Shown here one piece after another: positions 8,651 through 18,002 of a DNA stretch of 34,050 bases. The stretch is from the sequence record SRR20825006_808; one strand, 5' to 3'. How positions within the stretch are numbered: position 1 is the stretch's first letter; every line of letters starts with the position of its first letter. The notes beneath the pieces are model-generated. The model was not told the DNA's origin, did not search any database, and saw only the letters and a program-made list of their open reading frames with translations. The translations under genes and the position numbers were made by a program.

Positions 8651-9424
8651 CTATCGGGTCTGCCCACCGTCCACAGGCACGATGGCACCGGTGATGAAGC
8701 TGGCCACCGGGCTGAGCAGGAAGGCTGCCGCTGAGCCGATCTCTTCAGGCTTGCCGAAGCGCTGGAGCGGGACTTCGCGCTTGATCCAGCGGGTCCAGGC
8801 GTCTCCACGCTCACCATTGATGCGTTCTTCCCATTCTCCATCCGGGAAGATGATGTTTCCAGGAGCGATGGCGTTGATGCGCACATTGTTGCGGCCGGAT
8901 ACCCGGGCGAGTTCCTTGGTCAGATGGTTAATCGCGGCTTTTGACGTGCCATAGGTCAGCGGCGTGCCGAGGCCGGTGAGGCCTGCAATCGAAGAGATCA
9001 TCAGGATGGCGCCTTCGCCACGCGGGTCCATGCGTCGCAAGGCCGACCGGGCTAGGAAGAAGGCGGAATCGAGGTTTTGCGAAATGCCGGCATCCCAGGT
9101 GGCGTCGTCGACTTCAAATCCGGGCGGACAAGGGTGCAGGCCGACATTGGCGACCGCGCCCCAAAGCTCGCCGAGTTCGTTCTCGATCGTGTCTATCATC
9201 GTCTCGACCGTGCGGGAATCGCGCAAGTCTCCGGCGCGGGCCCAGACATTTTCCTCGCCATACTGGGCGGCGAGCCGCGCACGTTCCTGTTCCAGCTTCT
9301 CTTCCCCACGAGCGGCGAGGGCGACTTTCGCGCCTTCTGCGAGGCAGGCCTCTACGATGCCAAGGCCAATGCCCCGGCTGGCGCCTGCAACGAAGATGGT
9401 TTTTCCCTTTAGGCCCAGATCCAT
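8651..9424 (-). CDS. Short-chain dehydrogenase/reductase (classical SDR, FabG-like fold)
   Basis: GASRGIG nucleotide-binding motif, SSIAG, YGTSK catalytic motif, VDGG C-terminus; GGGAGA RBS. Confidence 0.9.
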   Translation of the reverse strand: MDLGLKGKTIFVAGASRGIGLGIVEACLAEGAKVALAARGEEKLEQERARLAAQYGEENVWARAGDLRDSRTVETMIDTIENELGELWGAVANVGLHPCPPGFEVDDATWDAGISQNLDSAFFLARSALRRMDPRGEGAILMISSIAGLTGLGTPLTYGTSKAAINHLTKELARVSGRNNVRINAIAPGNIIFPDGEWEERINGERGDAWTRWIKREVPLQRFGKPEEIGSAAAFLLSPVASFITGAIVPVDGGQTR

Positions 9425-9474
9425 GTGCGTTTCTCCCTTTTGGTTATGCCCAGCAGACTAGACGCCGCGTCGAC

Positions 9475-9507
9475 AAAAGAAATCCCCGCCCTCAGGGAAG
9501 GCGGGGA
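9475..9507 (-). terminator. Rho-independent terminator downstream of the CarF-like gene
   Basis: Minus strand UCCCCGCCUUC-CCU-GAGGGCGGGGA stem followed by UUUCUUUU. Confidence 0.75.
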
Positions 9508-9530
9508 AGGATGAGGTGCATATCTCAGGA

Positions 9531-10121
9531 TCAGGCCGCCTTGCGATAGCGTTCATTGACGCTTTCATCGAGACGTGGGGACCGGCCGGTAGCGATTTTG
9601 ACAAGGCGTTCCAGGGCCGGGAAGAACCGGGCGCGTTCCAGGACCGGATTGGTGTAGTTGGTAATGACGCAATAATGGGTGTCCTTGCCCATGCGGTGAT
9701 GGGCGGCGTGATGCTGGAAGGACTGGGCGAAGCCGGTTTTCTGCAGGGCGTTGATCAAACGGCCATTCTCCTTCGGGCTGCGATGGGCAGCGCGATGGAA
9801 CTCATTGGCGAAGACGCCGAACAGGACAGCCGAACCGGTGAACAGGTTCAGCGTGCCCGTGGCCCAGAAGCCGGCGAGGAACAAGGCGCCAAGCACGAAG
9901 ACTTCCTTGTTGCGCGACAGGAATGAGCCAGCCAGAAATGCACGCGGTTTGAAATGGTGTTCCTGATTGGCGCGGATCGTATGGCCCAGCACAGGCCATT
10001 TCGGATTTCCGTACCGGTCTTCAAACCAGTGGATGAGGCCTGAAATGAAATCGGCCAGAAACAAGCCTCCGAAAACGGACGCGGCGGTTTTAAGGGCAGT
10101 CGCGACAATCGTGACCGGCAT
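9531..10121 (-). CDS. CarF/TMEM189 (Kua, FAD4-like) membrane lipid desaturase
   Basis: ADFISGLIHWFEDRYG, QEHHFKP, NEFHRAAH, QHHAAHH, YCVITNYTNPVLE: the eight-His pattern of the TMEM189_B/CarF family; AAGGAGA RBS. Confidence 0.85.
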   Translation of the reverse strand: MPVTIVATALKTAASVFGGLFLADFISGLIHWFEDRYGNPKWPVLGHTIRANQEHHFKPRAFLAGSFLSRNKEVFVLGALFLAGFWATGTLNLFTGSAVLFGVFANEFHRAAHRSPKENGRLINALQKTGFAQSFQHHAAHHRMGKDTHYCVITNYTNPVLERARFFPALERLVKIATGRSPRLDESVNERYRKAA

Positions 10122-10261
10122 GGGGTCATCTCCTTCTTGCTGTCGAACACTCTTGTGAGGTTAGTATGTGATCATTTGCTCGCAAAAGAGGGCGAAATTG
10201 TGGCAAGTGAGAGATCAATCACTCGATTCCTGTCCGGGTCTGAGAGCAGCAGGAGAGGGAT

Positions 10262-10624
10262 CTATTCGTCGCGCAGGGGTTTGCGCGTGATCACATAGAC
10301 AGCACCGACGGCGATGAGGCCGAGGCCTGAGCCCAGTACCCACGGCTTATGATAAGCAAACGCGGTGACAATCAATGCGGCCAGGCCCATACCGCAAACA
10401 GCGGCGATTTTCGCTTCACGCGCCATGGCGCCCGTTTCGAGGAAGGTCTTGATTGCCGGGCCGACGCCCGGCTGACGATAGATCCAATCCGCCCAGCTGG
10501 GATTGGATTTGGCAAAGGCCAAAGCGGCGACAATCCAGAAAATGGTCGTGGGCCACACCGGTAAGGCAAGGCCTATCGCGCCGAGCGCGAATGCCACAAC
10601 TCCGACTGCTCGCCAGATCCACAT
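10262..10624 (-). CDS. YbaN/DUF454 family inner-membrane protein
   Basis: Probable ATG at 10624; GAIGLALPVWPTTIFWIVAALAFAKS matches the LPxxPTTPF YbaN motif; 120 aa. Confidence 0.8.
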   Translation of the reverse strand: MWIWRAVGVVAFALGAIGLALPVWPTTIFWIVAALAFAKSNPSWADWIYRQPGVGPAIKTFLETGAMAREAKIAAVCGMGLAALIVTAFAYHKPWVLGSGLGLIAVGAVYVITRKPLRDE

Positions 10625-10794
10625 GAGAAACCCATTCCGCGCTGTGGGGTGGCTGGCAACCCCCAAAGCAGGCCACCTCAGCTGAATGCGGCTGAAATTT
10701 GCAAGAATTTCTTTGATTTGACCCATTCACGCCCTGTTCGCGCCGTGGCGAAGATGTGTAAGAGTTGTAAGAAAGCTCAAAGGAGAGGGTTTCC

Positions 10795-13700
10795 ATGTCG
10801 CACTTCATATCGGGCACGCGGGGAATTGGTCGGACACTGGTCACAGCCATGATGATCGCCGTGCTCGCGGCGTGTGGAGGCAACAAGGAAGACCGACAAT
10901 CTGATACTGCCAGTGATGAAGGCACGATTGTCACGCGCTCCGCCGCTGACAATGTGGCTGCTCGCCAGCGCGAACGCCGTCGTCAGGCTGCGATTGACGA
11001 GGTTGAGCAGGATTTCTCCTATTTCCGCTACCGTATCGATACCGCCACCGAACAGCCGCTGGCGTGTTTCGTCTTTTCTGCGCCGCTTGATCCGGAAGCG
11101 GATTACTCGCCGTATCTCGAATTCCGTCCCGCTTTCCGACCTGCGCTCAGTGTTGAGGGACGCGAGCTGTGTGTTGGCGGTCTGACTTTTGGGTCGGAAC
11201 GGTCTGCAACACTGCTTTCCGGCCTGCCTTCGGCTGATGGCCGCACATTGAAGAATGAGGAAGTTGTTCCGATCGATTTCGCCGACCGGCCACCTTATGT
11301 CGGCTTCAAGGGAGCAGGCGTGATCCTGCCGCGCGAAGATGCAGATGGCCTTCCGATTGAAACGGTGAATGTCGACGAAGTTGAAGTAACCGTGTCGCGC
11401 GTCAATGATCGCGCGCTGGCCTTCAAGTCCATTACTGAAGGCCAAACCAATGCCCAGGGCCGCTATGCCTATACATGGGGTGAAGACAATCCTGAGGATG
11501 TTCAGGAAATTCTCTTCACGGGACGGATGGACGTGGCCAGCGAGCAGAATGCGCCCGTAGTGTCGGTCTTCCCCTTGCAGGACGTCGTCGGCCCGCTGGA
11601 GCCGGGCGCGTATTATGTTTCGGTCAAGGACGCCGCAGACCTGGATAGCGCCGAGCAGCCGCCAGCCTCTTCCAGCCGGTGGATCATGATGACCGATCTG
11701 GCCATCACCGCCTATGAAGGTGGCAATGGACTCGATGTCACGCTGCGCTCACTGCAGGACGGTCGCCCAGTGCCCGATACAACCGTGCAGCTGGTCGCGC
11801 GCAACAATGACATTCTTGCCGAAGGCCGCACAAATGAAGTTGGCCGGGTGGCCTTTGATGCGCCAATCACGAATGGCCAGGGCAATATGGAGCCCAAATT
11901 GATCATGGCCTACAGCGCCAAGGGCGAACTCGCTGTGCTGGACCTGACCCGCGCGCCGGTGGACCTCTCAGAATATGCTGTAGGTGGCCGCCGGGTCTCC
12001 GGGGACATCGATGCCTTCATGTATACAGAGCGTGGCATCTACCGCCCTGGCGAAACGGTACAATTGACCGCGCTGCTGCGTGATCATACCGGCAAGGCTA
12101 TTGAAGACCGTGCCGGCAATATCGTCATCTACCGCCCGAATGGGCTGGTGGCCGGGAAGATACGGTTCGATGATCCTGAAGCGTCTGCAGTTGTTGAGGG
12201 CTATGAACTTACCAAGGGTGCATCTCGTGGCCAGTGGCGTGCGACGGTGGAAGTGGACGGTGTGTCGGGCGCATCCGGATCAGTCAACTTCGCAGTCGAG
12301 GATTTCGTGCCACAGCGCATTGCCGTTGACCTCGACACTGACAAGGACGCGCCCGTCTTGTTGGGTGAGAGCCGCAGTGTCGAAGTTGCCTCGCGTTTCC
12401 TTTATGGCGCACCAGGCGCGGGTCTGACGGTGAAATCCGAAGCCCGCATTGAAGCGGCGCCGACCCCATTCCCGCAATACAAGGGATTCAAGTTCGGCAG
12501 GCATGATGAGAGTTTTCGTGAACGCATCCTTGAAATGGATGATACGACTACGGACGGAGCCGGGATCGCGACGGTCACGCTCGCGCCGGGAAATGCCGGC
12601 AGTAATGCTGGGCGGCCACTGCGCATCAATGCTGTGGTTAGCGTACTTGAACCCGGCGGACGCGCGGTCACAGAAAGCGTGCGCATCCCGTATCGTCCGG
12701 AACGCCTTTATGTCGGTCTGAAACCCGGTTTCGAATATTCGGTCGAAGAAGGCCAGGATGTGGCCTACGAAGTCGTGGCCATGAACGAGAAGGGCCAGGC
12801 GATCGCGCAGCGGCTCAACTGGAAACTGCTTGCCATCGACTATCATTACGACTGGTACCGGGACGGTGATCAATGGCGTTGGCGCCGGTCTCGCACGGTG
12901 ACCAAGGTCAATGAAGGCATTGTGACGACGCCGGAAGGCGGCAGCACCGAGATCCGCGTTTCCGGTCTGGATTGGGGCAGCCATGAACTGGTTGTCGAAG
13001 GCAGCGATGCGAATGCGTCCGCCGCGTCCAGTGACGATTTCTATGTCGGCTGGGGCGGAGGTGTCTCAGAGGATGGTGCCGAAGCGCCAGACCGTGTCCG
13101 CATCATAGGACCTGAGAAAGCCCCCTCTGCAGGTCAGAGCGCCGATATCACCATTGTGCCGCCTTATGAGGGCCAGGCGCAGATCGTTGTGGCTACCGAT
13201 CGCATTCTGTCGGTCCAGAATTTGTCCGTTAGTGCACAGGGCACCAATGTGACCCTGCCGGTAACCGATGAATGGGGAGAGGGCGCCTATGTGATGGTGT
13301 CGGTCTATACAGAGCGCGATCCGATTCTGCGGGCAAAGCCGCGCCGTGCGGTTGGTGTGACACATGTGCCCGTCGATATGGGTTCGCGGACGTTCGAGTT
13401 GACGCTCAATGCGCCCGATATTGCCCGACCTGTTGGGGAGCAGGTGATTGAGGTCGAGTTTGATGGCGGCCCACGTGAGCCGGTCTTCCTGACACTGGCC
13501 GCTGTCGATGAAGGCATCTTGCGCCTCACCAAATTCGAGAGCCCTGACCCTGTCAGCTACTATTATGGCAAGAAGGCGCTCGGTGTTGAAATGTACGACG
13601 ATTACGGTCGGTTGCTTGACCCGAATATGGGATTGCCAGCCGAAGTCCGCTCAGGGGGAGACCAACTTGGCGGTGAAGGGCTGTCGGTCGTCCCGGTGAA

Positions 13701-15768
13701 ATCGGTCGCGCTCTTCTCTGGCTTGGTTGATGTCGGCCGGTCGGGTAAGGCAAAAGTTCGCCTTGAACTGCCGGAATTCAATGGTGAGCTGCGCTTGATG
13801 GCCGTGGCCTGGTCGCGATCTGGTCTGGGGTCAGCGGAGTCCAGCATGATCGTGCGCGAGAAAGCACCGTCGGATCTGATCATGCCGCGCTTCATGGCGC
13901 CTGGCGATGAAGCTCAAATTACTGCCAGTATCGACAATGTCGAAGTCGGGCCTGGAGCGTTCACAGCCGAGATTTCAGCGGACGGCCCGATTGATGTTGC
14001 GGATGGCAAGCTGACGCGTTCGCTTGCAACGGGTACGCGCGCGGATGTGCCAGTTCGGATTGGTGCGGATTCAGAAGGTATCGCAACGGTCAGGTTGGCG
14101 GTGACGGGGCCAAATGATTTCGAAACGGACCGGACTTACCAGATACAGACCCGTTCGCCCTATCTGCCGGTAACAAAGAACAGTCGGCAATTGATGGAAC
14201 CGGGCGAAAGCTATTCTGTTGACGCTGATCTGCTGGAGGGCCTTGTGCCGGGGTCTGCTGCGATCAGTGTCGGCTATTCGACGCTGCCAATGGATCCGGC
14301 GACGCTCTATGCTTCGCTCGACCGCTACCCTTATGGATGCACCGAGCAAACCACTAGCCGGGCCTTGCCATTGCTCTACTCCGAACAGCTGATTGCAATG
14401 GGGGCTCCAGAACGTCGCGATGATCCGAAGATGCGGATTCAGACTGCGGTGAACACGCTGCTCAACCGTCAGGGATCTGACGGAGCGTTCGGCCTGTGGC
14501 GGGAAGGGGATGGCTACGCATCCCCTTGGCTTGGTGCCTATGTGACGGACTTTGTCTATCGCGCGAAACAGGCTGGCTTCTCTGTGCCGGACGAATCCTT
14601 GGAGCGGGCCTATGGCGCTCTGCGGCAGGTTTCGACTGGCGATGCATGGCGCGTTTATGGGTACGACACGGATGTCTATGAGAGCCGCTATTCCAACGAC
14701 ACTGCAGAGAAGCTGATGCAGCGCTCGTCGGCCTATGCACTTTACGTGCTCGCAAAGGCGGGCAAGGCCGACATTTCTCGCCTGCGCTACCTGCATGACC
14801 GCGAGCTCGATTCCATCGATAGCCCGTTGGCACGCGCCCATATCGGCGCAGGCCTTGCCATGCTGGGTGATCGGGCGCGGGCTGCCTCGGCCTTCAAGGC
14901 AGCGGAAGACGCGCTCGGTTACGAGAATACCGGCGATTACTACCAGACCCCGCTGCGCGATGAGGCGGCCATCCTGGCCCTCGCATCCGAAGCGGACATG
15001 CTGGATGTGGTAGAGCGTCTTGCCGCCAAACTGGGCGAGGATGCGCCAGACCCGACCGGATTGACAACGCAGGAAAAGGCTTTCGCGCTGCTGGCTGTGG
15101 ACTCCCTGAACAAGGGGGCTGAAGGCTTCCGGCTCACCGTCGAAGGGCTTGGCCGTGGTAATAATAATGACCGGCAATATGCCCTGACCGAAGCGCAGGC
15201 CACGGAAGGTGTGACGTTCACGCTGGAAGGCAAGGCGCCGATGTTCCGGACAGTTATGGTCAGCGGTTCGCCAGAAACGGCGCCGCCCGCTGCGACATCC
15301 AAGATGGGCGTCGACAAGACATTCTTTACACTGACCGGTGGTCGTGTGAATCTGTCCCGGGTCAGCCAGGGGGACCAGCTGATCGTGCGCTTGACGGTGT
15401 CGCCACATGAGCGCCGCCTGAACCCTGTGATCGTGGCGGACCTGCTGCCCGCCGGCTTCGAGATTGAATCGGTGCTGCGCCCTGCAGATGGCAGGCGTGA
15501 ATATGGCGGATCGGGCGCGTTTGCCTATCTCGGCCAGATTGCGAATGCACAGACTGCCGAGGCACAGGATGATCGGTTTGTGGCCGCCGTCGATGTCTAT
15601 GCGCAGCCGGTCACGCTTGCCTATGTCGTCAGAGCGGTAACGCCGGGCGATTTCGCAATGCCGGGTGTGGTGGCCGAGGACATGTATCGTCCGGAAGTGT
15701 TCGCCCGGTCCAAGCCTGGCCGCGTCACGATCAGCGCAGCGCCCGGAACGATGGGAGGCGGTCAGTAA
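10795..15768 (+). CDS. yfhM: Bacterial alpha-2-macroglobulin (YfhM-type lipoprotein with thioester)
   Basis: Lipobox VLAAC; YTERGIYRPGE (MG2), LAAVDEGILRLT, thioester motif YPYGCTEQ, C-terminal YVVRAVTPG...AEDMYRPE; AGGAGAGG RBS; followed by pbpC. Confidence 0.93.
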   Translation: MSHFISGTRGIGRTLVTAMMIAVLAACGGNKEDRQSDTASDEGTIVTRSAADNVAARQRERRRQAAIDEVEQDFSYFRYRIDTATEQPLACFVFSAPLDPEADYSPYLEFRPAFRPALSVEGRELCVGGLTFGSERSATLLSGLPSADGRTLKNEEVVPIDFADRPPYVGFKGAGVILPREDADGLPIETVNVDEVEVTVSRVNDRALAFKSITEGQTNAQGRYAYTWGEDNPEDVQEILFTGRMDVASEQNAPVVSVFPLQDVVGPLEPGAYYVSVKDAADLDSAEQPPASSSRWIMMTDLAITAYEGGNGLDVTLRSLQDGRPVPDTTVQLVARNNDILAEGRTNEVGRVAFDAPITNGQGNMEPKLIMAYSAKGELAVLDLTRAPVDLSEYAVGGRRVSGDIDAFMYTERGIYRPGETVQLTALLRDHTGKAIEDRAGNIVIYRPNGLVAGKIRFDDPEASAVVEGYELTKGASRGQWRATVEVDGVSGASGSVNFAVEDFVPQRIAVDLDTDKDAPVLLGESRSVEVASRFLYGAPGAGLTVKSEARIEAAPTPFPQYKGFKFGRHDESFRERILEMDDTTTDGAGIATVTLAPGNAGSNAGRPLRINAVVSVLEPGGRAVTESVRIPYRPERLYVGLKPGFEYSVEEGQDVAYEVVAMNEKGQAIAQRLNWKLLAIDYHYDWYRDGDQWRWRRSRTVTKVNEGIVTTPEGGSTEIRVSGLDWGSHELVVEGSDANASAASSDDFYVGWGGGVSEDGAEAPDRVRIIGPEKAPSAGQSADITIVPPYEGQAQIVVATDRILSVQNLSVSAQGTNVTLPVTDEWGEGAYVMVSVYTERDPILRAKPRRAVGVTHVPVDMGSRTFELTLNAPDIARPVGEQVIEVEFDGGPREPVFLTLAAVDEGILRLTKFESPDPVSYYYGKKALGVEMYDDYGRLLDPNMGLPAEVRSGGDQLGGEGLSVVPVKSVALFSGLVDVGRSGKAKVRLELPEFNGELRLMAVAWSRSGLGSAESSMIVREKAPSDLIMPRFMAPGDEAQITASIDNVEVGPGAFTAEISADGPIDVADGKLTRSLATGTRADVPVRIGADSEGIATVRLAVTGPNDFETDRTYQIQTRSPYLPVTKNSRQLMEPGESYSVDADLLEGLVPGSAAISVGYSTLPMDPATLYASLDRYPYGCTEQTTSRALPLLYSEQLIAMGAPERRDDPKMRIQTAVNTLLNRQGSDGAFGLWREGDGYASPWLGAYVTDFVYRAKQAGFSVPDESLERAYGALRQVSTGDAWRVYGYDTDVYESRYSNDTAEKLMQRSSAYALYVLAKAGKADISRLRYLHDRELDSIDSPLARAHIGAGLAMLGDRARAASAFKAAEDALGYENTGDYYQTPLRDEAAILALASEADMLDVVERLAAKLGEDAPDPTGLTTQEKAFALLAVDSLNKGAEGFRLTVEGLGRGNNNDRQYALTEAQATEGVTFTLEGKAPMFRTVMVSGSPETAPPAATSKMGVDKTFFTLTGGRVNLSRVSQGDQLIVRLTVSPHERRLNPVIVADLLPAGFEIESVLRPADGRREYGGSGAFAYLGQIANAQTAEAQDDRFVAAVDVYAQPVTLAYVVRAVTPGDFAMPGVVAEDMYRPEVFARSKPGRVTISAAPGTMGGGQ

Positions 15769-15771
15769 GCC

Positions 15772-17829
15772 ATGCTGACGCCTCGGCGTATCGTCATCGG
15801 GATAGCCGCAGTGTTTGCTGCGGTTATCCTGATGGACTGGGTACTGCCGCCGCCAATTGACCGCGCGGGAGAAATCTCCGCGCTGGTGACCGACCGGGAG
15901 GGCAAGCCCCTGAGGGCCTTTCCGACCGAAGACGGACGGTGGCGGTTCCGCGGAGATCTCGACAAGATCGATCCAGAGTTCATCGAGGCGCTGCTTCGGG
16001 TCGAAGACAAACGTTTCTATAGCCATCGCGGGACAGATTGGACGGGGCTCGGCCGGGCTGTGGCAGACTCGGCGCGGGCCGGGCGGATCGTATCTGGGGG
16101 CTCCACGATCACGATGCAGACTGCGCGCCTGCTGGAACCTCGGGACCGCAATGTCGGGTCCAAGCTGATCGAGATCGCGCGCGCCTGGCAGATCGAACGT
16201 CGCTTGTCGAAAGATGAGATCCTCGAACTCTACCTTACGCTGACGCCCTATGGCGGCAACCTTGAAGGCGTGCGGGCAGCAAGCTGGAGTTATTTCGGGC
16301 ACGAGGCTGACCGCTTGTCCGCTGACGAGATCGCACTGCTGATCGCCCTGCCGCAATCGCCCGAAGTGCGCCGCCCGGATCGTCGGCCACACCAGGCGCA
16401 AAAGGCGCGCGATTGGGTCGCAACCAAGCTCGGTTGGTATGGTGTTTTCAGCGAGGCTGATGTGGAGGAAGTAGCCACATCGCCGGTCCCGACGCGGCGG
16501 CGTGATTTTCCGATGCGTGCCTGGCACGGCACAGAGAAAGCGCTGGCGAGCGGGCCGCGCGAGGACGTGCGCGCCACGCTGGATGCGGGTCTTCAGGCTG
16601 AACTCGAATCCATGGCCTTGCGCAAGGCTGAGGCGGAAGGCCCTGACGTTCAGGTCTCGGCGATTGTGGTTCACATTCCGACACGTGGTGTGCGCGCCCT
16701 GATCGGATCTGCCTCGCGCGACCGGGCAGGGGGCTGGCTCGACCTGACCGCGCAAGCCCGCTCGCCGGGCTCCACCTTGAAACCGTTCATTTACGCCATG
16801 GCGTTCGATGACGGGCAGGCCGCACCGGATACGCGCATTTCCGATCTGCCCAAACGGTTTGCGTCCTATCAGCCGGAAAATTTCGACCGGATGTTTCGCG
16901 GTGATGTGCGGGTTTCGGATGCTTTGCAGCATTCGCTCAATGTGCCGGCGGTGCTTATGCTGGATCGGGTCGGGCCAGAGCGGTTTGCGGCGCAGTTGGC
17001 GCTGGCGGGCGCGCGACCACGCATTGGCGGCGGCGCAAATCACGACGCTGGCCTTGCCCTCGCGCTGGGCGGTGCAGGCCTGACAGCGCGCGAATTGGCT
17101 GTCCTCTATGCTGCTCTGGGCGATGAGGGTGTGGCCAAGCCTCTGGTCTGGCGCGCCAGTCAAGAAGCTGCAAGTTATGAACGGATGGGACGGCGGCTGG
17201 TCAGCGCCGAGAGTGCGTCAGATATCGTCCGTATCCTGCAAAATGGTCCCATGCCGGAAGGCCGTATGCCAGGGCGCCTGACTGCGGGCGCGCCGCAAGT
17301 TGCTTTCAAGACCGGCACATCGTACGGCTTCCGCGACAGCTGGGCAGCCGCAGTTTCCGGCGAACATGCCATTGTCGTCTGGGTTGGCAGGGCCGATGGC
17401 GCGCCGCGGCCTGGCAAGACCGGCCGGGTGACCGCATTGCCCTTCCTGTTCGAGATTGCTGATCGAACTGCCCATCATTTACGAGATGAAGGCGAAGCTC
17501 GCACACGCCTGACCACGCAGCGCAAAATCGAAACACGCGGCGCGCTACATGACTTTTCGCCTGAAGCGCCGCCCGTAATCCTGTTTCCACCCGCGAGCGC
17601 GGAATTGTGGGCCGGCAGTGTTGATGGCAAGTCGGCCCGGCCCTTTGTATTGGCTGGACGCGGGGAGGGGCGCGTCTCTTGGTATATCGACGGAAAGCCC
17701 AGCCAGATCGATGATGCCGGTGCGCCGGTCTGGCAGCCGACGCAGGCGGGATTTTACACGATTACGGCCGTCGATCAGAGCGGGCGGTCCAGCCGGGTCA
17801 GGGTCCGTGTGCTGATGGGGCCGTCCTGA
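15772..17829 (+). CDS. pbpC: Penicillin-binding protein 1C
   Basis: GT51 motifs EDKRFYSH and GGSTITMQTAR; transpeptidase STLK, SLN, KTGTS; C-terminal PBP1C beta domain; directly after A2M. Confidence 0.93.
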   Translation: MLTPRRIVIGIAAVFAAVILMDWVLPPPIDRAGEISALVTDREGKPLRAFPTEDGRWRFRGDLDKIDPEFIEALLRVEDKRFYSHRGTDWTGLGRAVADSARAGRIVSGGSTITMQTARLLEPRDRNVGSKLIEIARAWQIERRLSKDEILELYLTLTPYGGNLEGVRAASWSYFGHEADRLSADEIALLIALPQSPEVRRPDRRPHQAQKARDWVATKLGWYGVFSEADVEEVATSPVPTRRRDFPMRAWHGTEKALASGPREDVRATLDAGLQAELESMALRKAEAEGPDVQVSAIVVHIPTRGVRALIGSASRDRAGGWLDLTAQARSPGSTLKPFIYAMAFDDGQAAPDTRISDLPKRFASYQPENFDRMFRGDVRVSDALQHSLNVPAVLMLDRVGPERFAAQLALAGARPRIGGGANHDAGLALALGGAGLTARELAVLYAALGDEGVAKPLVWRASQEAASYERMGRRLVSAESASDIVRILQNGPMPEGRMPGRLTAGAPQVAFKTGTSYGFRDSWAAAVSGEHAIVVWVGRADGAPRPGKTGRVTALPFLFEIADRTAHHLRDEGEARTRLTTQRKIETRGALHDFSPEAPPVILFPPASAELWAGSVDGKSARPFVLAGRGEGRVSWYIDGKPSQIDDAGAPVWQPTQAGFYTITAVDQSGRSSRVRVRVLMGPS

Positions 17830-18002
17830 CATACTTCCTGCCATGCCAATCAGCCTCATTGCTGACGCAGTTTGGCAACACGCAGGCAACACATTTATGT
17901 TAGGACTGACTTTCTGGCCTTCACGGCGGACGGGAGACCGCCATATGACGGACAGAACGCAGCGTGTGTTTGCTGCGACTGTATAGAGTATCGGGAACTG
18001 CC

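Noticed and set aside
14071..17163. 1030-aa antisense ORF spanning A2M and pbpC
   Set aside because: Codon-aligned antisense frame kept open because TTA/CTA/TCA are rare on the sense strand and the two genes share a frame; no protein motifs.
17873..17889. Possible sigma-54 promoter TGGCAACACGCAGGCA upstream of msrA
   Set aside because: GG-N10-GC spacing is present, but the -12 element is AGGC rather than TTGC; the direct repeat explains it.
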